Below, piece by piece: positions 58,960 to 64,000 of a DNA stretch of 64,000 nucleotides. Position 1 is the first letter of the stretch. Each line of letters begins with the position of its first letter. The position numbers and the translations under genes are program-made. The DNA comes from an uncultured bacterium. Lineage in GTDB: Bacteria > Verrucomicrobiota > Verrucomicrobiia > Verrucomicrobiales > DEV007. Below the pieces are notes generated by a model, which was given only the letters and a program-made list of their open reading frames with translations, was not told the DNA's origin and did no database searches. Where the stretch lies: assembly GCA_963977015.1 (NCBI GenBank), contig CAXBMO010000011.1, positions 96,001 through 160,000 on the forward strand, written 5' to 3'.

Positions 58960-59154
58960 TGGAAATGAGGCAATCGATTCTCGTGATAGCCATTTTTCTT
59001 TCCCATAGTTTGGTTGCTTGAACCGTCTTAGACTCGGAGATTGAATCTCGATTCAGCAACGAGGCTGAACGCCCAACAACCCTAAACCAACCGAATCAAA
59101 ACGACCTCCAATCCCGAAAGTGACTCCAACGCTGGAAAGCGGGTTGCTTCGTTT

Positions 59155-61302
59155 TTGTTGAAGTTCGGCAAGATCGGGGCGGTTGCCTTGGCCGTGAGTT
59201 GCTTTGTGCTGCGGCATCCGCGCGTTTTCCGCGTTCTCGCCGTGTTGTTGGCGATCCCGCTGATTGCCTTCTTGATCGGGTCGATTGTCTATCAGGCGCG
59301 CGTCGCGTTTTATCCGCTGGACCGGATCGAGGATTTTCGCGAGCGGACCCTGGTCCTGGACCGAAACGGAGAGCGGATCGGTCATGTTTATGGGCATGGC
59401 GCCAACCGGATGGTGGTGACGCTGGATGAGGTGTCGCCGCATTTTGTGAACGCGTTGCTGGCGCGGGAAGACAGCCGTTTTTACCGGCACGGCGGGGTGG
59501 ACTACATCGGTGTGGCGCGGGCCGTGGTGCGCAATATCAAGGAGAAGCGCGTCGCCCAGGGAGCGAGCACCCTAACGATGCAGTTGGCGCGCAACAGCTT
59601 CGATTTGAGCGATCATGATCTGGATCGAAAGTTTCTTGAGGTGGCGTTGACCCGGCGGATGGAGCGGGAGTTCAGCAAGGACGAGATTCTTCAATACTAC
59701 ATGAACCGGATCTACTTTGGCTCGGGATTATACGGCATCGAGCGCGCGGCGGAAGGCTATTTCATGAAGCCGGCGGCGGATCTGACCCTGGCGGAGTCGG
59801 CGTTGCTGGCCGGGATCATCCGCGGGCCGAGCCGGTTCTCGCCCTTTCGTGATGAGCAGGCCGCGTTAGCCCAGAAACGCGAAACCCTTGCGCGAATGCG
59901 GCAACTGCGAATGATCAGTGATGAGGAGTTGGCGGCGGCTGAGTCGGCGGAGTTGGCGTTGCGGCCGGTTGATCAGCGACGCGCCTCACCAGGTTATGTG
60001 ATTCAAGAGGTTTACGAACATCTGGATGGCTTTCTGGACGAGCAGCAGGTGAAGAGCGGCGGGTTGCGAGTTTACACCACGATCGATCGGCGGCTCCAGG
60101 AGGCTGCCCAGGCATCGCTTCGTGGGCATTTGGCGGAAGTGGAGCAACAGGACGGCTTTCCGCATCCGGCAATGGTGCCGGGCGAGCGTCAACGCGAGTC
60201 GGCTTACGTCCAGGGGGCAGTCGTGGCGATCGACAACGCAACCGGCGGGATCCTGGCCCTGGTCGGTGGTCGCGACTACGACGATAGCCCGTTCAATCGC
60301 GCGTTCGATGCGAAGCGCCAGGTTGGTTCCACCTTCAAGACCTTCGTGTATGCGCAAGCCTTCTCCACCGGGCTGAAACCGGGAACGCTGGTGAGCGATG
60401 GACCGATCAGCATGCGCGGAGGCAACGGACGGCGTTGGGAGCCCGGCAACTCCGATGGCAAGTTTGGTGGGCCAACTCCCGCGGCTGTGGGGCTGATTCG
60501 CTCGCGGAACACGATGAGCATTCGCGTCGGGGAACGAGGTGGGCTGGTGCCGACACTGCAGTTTGCCCATGCGGTTGGCTTTCCGGGCGATCTCCTGGAA
60601 TCACCGGTCACCTATCTCGGCGCGTTTGAGAGCGACCCGCTCACGCTGACGAGCGCCTACTCCATTTTCCCGAATCACGGAATCAAGCGCGACCCGTATT
60701 TTGTCGAGCGGATCGAGAATTCGGAAGGCGAGATCCTCTTTTTGCGGGCGAAACCGATCGATCCCCCGGTGGTGCTCGCACCTTCAGTCGCATGGATGAC
60801 GTCCGATGTCCTCGCCAAGGTGATGGACGAAGGGACTGGCCGAGGCGCGCGAAATCTGGGCTACGAAGCACCGTGCTATGGCAAAACCGGAACGACCGAT
60901 GAGTTTCGCGATGCCTGGTTTGCCGGTTACACCGACAAAATCACCTGTGGCGTCTGGGTGGGGATGGATCGGCCGCGCACGATCGTCTACAAAGGTTATG
61001 GCAGCACCTTGGCGTTGCCGATCTGGACGGGCGTGATGAAGGCGGCGGAGGAAACCGAGTTTGCGGCTGCCCCGCTCGAATCCCCGGCTCCCCTGGTCGA
61101 AACCATGCTTTGCCGTGAGTGCGGCCTGCTCGAAAGCCGCCGCTCGGTTGATCCGTATCTGTATGCGTTGCCGCGCGATCTCGTCCCGACCTCGGCTTGT
61201 ACGGGCCATCTCGGCCGGTCGCTGGCGGGTGGAAGGGGGGAGGAGGCCAACCCGATTCGCTCGATCGGGCGTCTCCTGTTTGGTCGCAAAAAGAAGGACT
61301 GA
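59155..61302 (+). CDS. Class A penicillin-binding protein (PBP1A family transglycosylase/transpeptidase)
   Basis: EDSRFYRHGG, GASTLTMQL, RKFLE, KDEILQYYMN; SxxK (STFK), SRN and KTGT. Confidence 0.95.
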   Translation: MLKFGKIGAVALAVSCFVLRHPRVFRVLAVLLAIPLIAFLIGSIVYQARVAFYPLDRIEDFRERTLVLDRNGERIGHVYGHGANRMVVTLDEVSPHFVNALLAREDSRFYRHGGVDYIGVARAVVRNIKEKRVAQGASTLTMQLARNSFDLSDHDLDRKFLEVALTRRMEREFSKDEILQYYMNRIYFGSGLYGIERAAEGYFMKPAADLTLAESALLAGIIRGPSRFSPFRDEQAALAQKRETLARMRQLRMISDEELAAAESAELALRPVDQRRASPGYVIQEVYEHLDGFLDEQQVKSGGLRVYTTIDRRLQEAAQASLRGHLAEVEQQDGFPHPAMVPGERQRESAYVQGAVVAIDNATGGILALVGGRDYDDSPFNRAFDAKRQVGSTFKTFVYAQAFSTGLKPGTLVSDGPISMRGGNGRRWEPGNSDGKFGGPTPAAVGLIRSRNTMSIRVGERGGLVPTLQFAHAVGFPGDLLESPVTYLGAFESDPLTLTSAYSIFPNHGIKRDPYFVERIENSEGEILFLRAKPIDPPVVLAPSVAWMTSDVLAKVMDEGTGRGARNLGYEAPCYGKTGTTDEFRDAWFAGYTDKITCGVWVGMDRPRTIVYKGYGSTLALPIWTGVMKAAEETEFAAAPLESPAPLVETMLCRECGLLESRRSVDPYLYALPRDLVPTSACTGHLGRSLAGGRGEEANPIRSIGRLLFGRKKKD

Positions 61303-61307
61303 GGCGT

Positions 61308-62174
61308 TTACGGAGTTGCCGTCTCGTGGAGCGTGAAGCTCTTGCGGGTCTTTCGAGTCCGCAGAGTGAGCTCGGGCGATGGGGTTTCCGCCGAAGCGAC
61401 GAACTGAAGCTCGAATCGATAGCTGCCCGGCTCGAAGCCTTTCCGGACGCGAAGAGACGAGCTGCCGCCATTCGTCTCCAAGCGGCCGAGCGTTTCGTTG
61501 TCGATCTTCAAAACGGAACCCGGTCCCGCCGAGAGGCGAAACTCGTAGTCGTCGGCTTGCGTGAGATTGAGGAGGCCCTCATAAACCACGACCGCCGGAC
61601 GATCGAGATTCGCGAGGGGCTTGGCCGACAGGAGATTGGAGGCAATCCCGCCGGAGCGAAGCGGTTGATCGGAGCTTTTGATGTCGCCGCCAGCCTGATC
61701 AGCCGGGTAAAGCGTAAAATGGAGTTCAGAAAGAATCTCGGGGCTTAGCTTGGCGGCGAGCTCGGAGCGATGCCATGGAAGCGCTTGGTCCTGATACTGT
61801 TCGCGCCACGTGGCGACATCATCCGCAGAAACATCGCGAAGCTGGCCGCCGAACTCCTGGGTCGTGTATCGGACGATCTCCGCGATCTGAGCGTCGGAAA
61901 GAATGGCTTCGAGCGGCATCATTGGTTGGGAATACCGTGCGTCATCTTTGGCGATTCCCTTGAGAATCAGCGCGGTCAGCAGCTCGGCCTGGTCGCCGGT
62001 CACGTATTTGGAAGTGTGGAGCGAGGGAGCCAGCCACTTGCTGTTCAGTTTCATCCCGAGACCGTCTTTTCCGTGGCAGGAAGCACAGATCAGATAGCTG
62101 CTCGAATCGGCGGTCAGGGCTCCCGGAAACAAGGTGGCGATGGCGGTGGCGATGAGGAAATTGGCGAGTTTCAC
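61308..62174 (-). CDS. Secreted c-type cytochrome fused to a PA14-like domain
   Basis: Signal peptide, CASCH haem motif, APSL...MMPL...LSDAQIA; C-terminal YEGLL..DYEFRLSA...LKID. Confidence 0.8.
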   Translation of the reverse strand: MKLANFLIATAIATLFPGALTADSSSYLICASCHGKDGLGMKLNSKWLAPSLHTSKYVTGDQAELLTALILKGIAKDDARYSQPMMPLEAILSDAQIAEIVRYTTQEFGGQLRDVSADDVATWREQYQDQALPWHRSELAAKLSPEILSELHFTLYPADQAGGDIKSSDQPLRSGGIASNLLSAKPLANLDRPAVVVYEGLLNLTQADDYEFRLSAGPGSVLKIDNETLGRLETNGGSSSLRVRKGFEPGSYRFELQFVASAETPSPELTLRTRKTRKSFTLHETATP

Positions 62175-62404
62175 GATTCAAAAGGCGATTTTCGAAGCCG
62201 CTTGGAGGCCTCAAACGCCCCTGACGTTCAATCCAAATGAGCGGTTTTTGCAAAAAATCGGAAACGGAAGAACGCACCCCGGGCAAACGTAGATTCGACT
62301 GGCAGTCGAATCTGATCCTCAAGCGCATCAACCCAGCTCCCCAAAGCCCAGCCGCATCAATCGGCGAATGATCCGAGCAGAGAGCCGGAGGCTCATCCCA
62401 AACC

Positions 62405-62537
62405 TAGTCGGTCGGTGAAGCGAAGCGAAACCACCGGAAAAACCGCCGTATTAGAATGCGTCCCGGCAGGGACGCTGGAAGCCTTCGACACCCACCCCTG
62501 AGACTCATGCTCCGGCGGACAGGATTGTCCGCGCTCC
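62405..62537. repeat. Cluster of short palindromes resembling REP-like repeats
   Basis: CGGTG..AAGCGAAGCGAAAC..CACCG (62413-62436), GCGTCCC-GGCA-GGGACGC (62458-62475) and GCGGACA-GGAT-TGTCCGC-GCTCC (62515-62537). Confidence 0.55.
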
Positions 62538-62797
62538 TTGAAAAATCTCCGAACCTCCAATCTCAGCCGCATCAAATGGCTCAACCGGCGCAGCCAGCGC
62601 AAGAGCTTGACCTGGGAAAAGCTGTTAGCCCGGTGGGCCGCGGTGTGGCGACTGCCGCCCGCGAGGGTGGTGGAAGAAATCGACCCAGCCTGGCATCCCC
62701 GCCTTGCCTTATGAAAGCAACCCTGTCATCTTCTCACCCGATGGGGAGCCAACAGGACTTCAGAACCAAGCTGCGTGAACGTGCGCGATATTCCGAC

Positions 62798-62870
62798 GTG
62801 GCCGGTGCGGGAAATCCGAACGCCGGGATCTATGAGGGTGGTGCTGGGCAACCGGTGCCCCTACCTTGTT
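62798..62870 (+). mobile_element. Degenerate group II intron 3' end (domains V and VI), no RT ORF
   Basis: 33-nt GTGGCCGGTGCGGGAAATCCGAACGCCGGGATC resembles D5. It is followed by a GCAA-capped hairpin and the CCCTAC branch motif. Confidence 0.7.
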
Positions 62871-62892
62871 CGGTGGAGAGAATTAGAGTGCG

Positions 62893-63228
62893 ATGAAGGA
62901 GTTATTTCGAGAGAGGGATATCACTCGCGTTAGCTACTACAAGGCTGTCCTTGAAGGTTTTGGGATTCCCACGATGATTAGGAACGAGCATCTCACGATG
63001 TCTGGATTGTCGGAGATCCCAATTCCCGAATTTTTCCCGGCACTCTGCGTTTTGAATGATGATGACTACCCAAAAGCAGTCGAGATCATTCGTGATCATG
63101 TGACAGGCTCCGACACCAGCTCTGAAGAGGAAGTCCCCTGCGCTGCCTGTGGAGAATTAAATCCTGCCAACTTCGGAAGTTGTTGGTCGTGTGGCAACCT
63201 GTTCGCTTTGAAAGATGGCCCACGATAA
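62893..63228 (+). CDS. DUF2007-like (putative signal-transducing) protein with C-terminal zinc ribbon
   Basis: LEGFGIPTMIRNE, GLSEIP, DYPKAVEII; CAAC...NPANFGSCWSC. Confidence 0.85.
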   Translation: MKELFRERDITRVSYYKAVLEGFGIPTMIRNEHLTMSGLSEIPIPEFFPALCVLNDDDYPKAVEIIRDHVTGSDTSSEEEVPCAACGELNPANFGSCWSCGNLFALKDGPR

Positions 63229-63559
63229 CGTCATCTCAGATCAACAACTCCTCAGGAAGCTGCAACGGGCTGCTCAAGTGCGTTCGATCTTCAGCATGTT
63301 GGCAATTCTTCCGTCCCTGGTGATTGGTGGCTTAATAGTGGGCGACTCGGGAAACGAAGGGCTATTGATTCTCATTGTCTTCGGAATCCCAATGCTCGTA
63401 TCCGTGGGAATCACAGAATTGTATTGCAAGCGGATCGTGAGCTGCCCGTATTGCGGTGGGACTATGTGGAACTGTGGTACCGGAAATTTCAAGCCACGGC
63501 GAATGAAGCTTCGAAAAGATCGGGACGAATGCCCAAAATGTCATGCGGCGATACAATGA
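63215..63559 (+). CDS. Small two-TM hypothetical protein with CxxC...CxxC zinc ribbon; candidate gene-cassette ORF
   Basis: Two hydrophobic segments, CPYC and CPKC. The stop lies 3 nt before an attC-like site. Confidence 0.65.
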   Translation: MAHDNVISDQQLLRKLQRAAQVRSIFSMLAILPSLVIGGLIVGDSGNEGLLILIVFGIPMLVSVGITELYCKRIVSCPYCGGTMWNCGTGNFKPRRMKLRKDRDECPKCHAAIQ

Positions 63560-63562
63560 ATC

Positions 63563-63687
63563 AGCGAACAAGCCGAGGCACTCAAGCCCTGACCGCCACG
63601 ACTCGAAATGACTTTTCTAATCCCGGCCCCTGATCGACGATTCTACCAGTGCTCACCATCCGGGCTGAGTGCTCTATGACGATCGCG
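63563..63687 (+). mobile_element. Integron attC-like recombination site (125 nt) with mutated R' core
   Basis: R'' AGCGAAC, 5-nt spacer, L'' GAGGCACT ... L' AGTGCTC, 6-nt spacer, R' GATCGCG. The arms pair with two extrahelical bases 6 nt apart. Confidence 0.7.
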
Positions 63688-64000
63688 GGAATCCAAGACA
63701 CCGAACTCCAAACATAGCTTTGGGCGATAGCCCCGGTGCTACCGGTTGTTGGTGCAAAACACTGACCCGACGAACAGAGCCGCAGCGCACGAAATTTGCG
63801 CTGCCAAACTCGCAGGGCGTCGCGCGCTCATGTTGAAACATTCCCCCGGGAAATTTTTTCCACGGGTTTGGATGGTTCGTGCTAGGATGACGTCAGATTC
63901 TCTTTACGATGACGGAATCCCAATGAGATCACTACCCGGCATCTCCATATCCCTTGGGAGAGGGGGACGCAAGATGGTCCTGAGTCAGGGAACTCAGGCC

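Noticed and set aside
59050-59170. Possible degenerate attC after the AT-rich gene downstream of valS
   Set aside because: I could not build paired L''/L' arms with correct spacing by eye.
62815-62874. CCGAAC...GTTCGG as a second attC
   Set aside because: The inner boxes do not pair. The sequence is better explained as group II intron D5/D6.
62456-62896. 146-aa ORF as an intron-encoded protein
   Set aside because: No RT motifs, and it runs through the palindromes and D5/D6; probably spurious.
63888-64000. Open frame running off the right edge
   Set aside because: Too short to assign or support as a gene.

Overview
Bacterial genomic DNA. The gene content (DUF1549/DUF1553 + DUF1501 + sulfatase, PQQ-like propeller, SHD1 protein, LEPR-XLL giant protein) suggests a PVC-superphylum organism, probably Verrucomicrobiota; this is inferred, not measured. 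All family assignments come from motif recognition by eye, and no searches were run. Layout: housekeeping and PVC-typical genes (1-9.7 kb); a ~30 kb secretion/adhesion region (9.7-39.6 kb) in which an ABC-less module (truncated second SecA, TolC, three membrane-fusion proteins including an M50-peptidase fusion, and a 3761-aa isopeptide-repeat protein) sits beside a canonical Lap/Bap-type T1SS with its own 1342-aa adhesin; an MBOAT+SGNH pair, mnmH/selU, pabB and a glycosyl/methyltransferase cluster; an IS3 relic and a TIR-STAND-TPR gene beside valS; a class A PBP; and a right end with palindromic repeats, a dead group II intron D5/D6 and a solitary attC-like site. The best hidden signal is that the two short ORFs at 46004-46705 read as one exported SHD1-thioredoxin selenoprotein (W-U-G-P-C), with a SECIS-like hairpin just after the in-frame TGA and selU 2.7 kb away.
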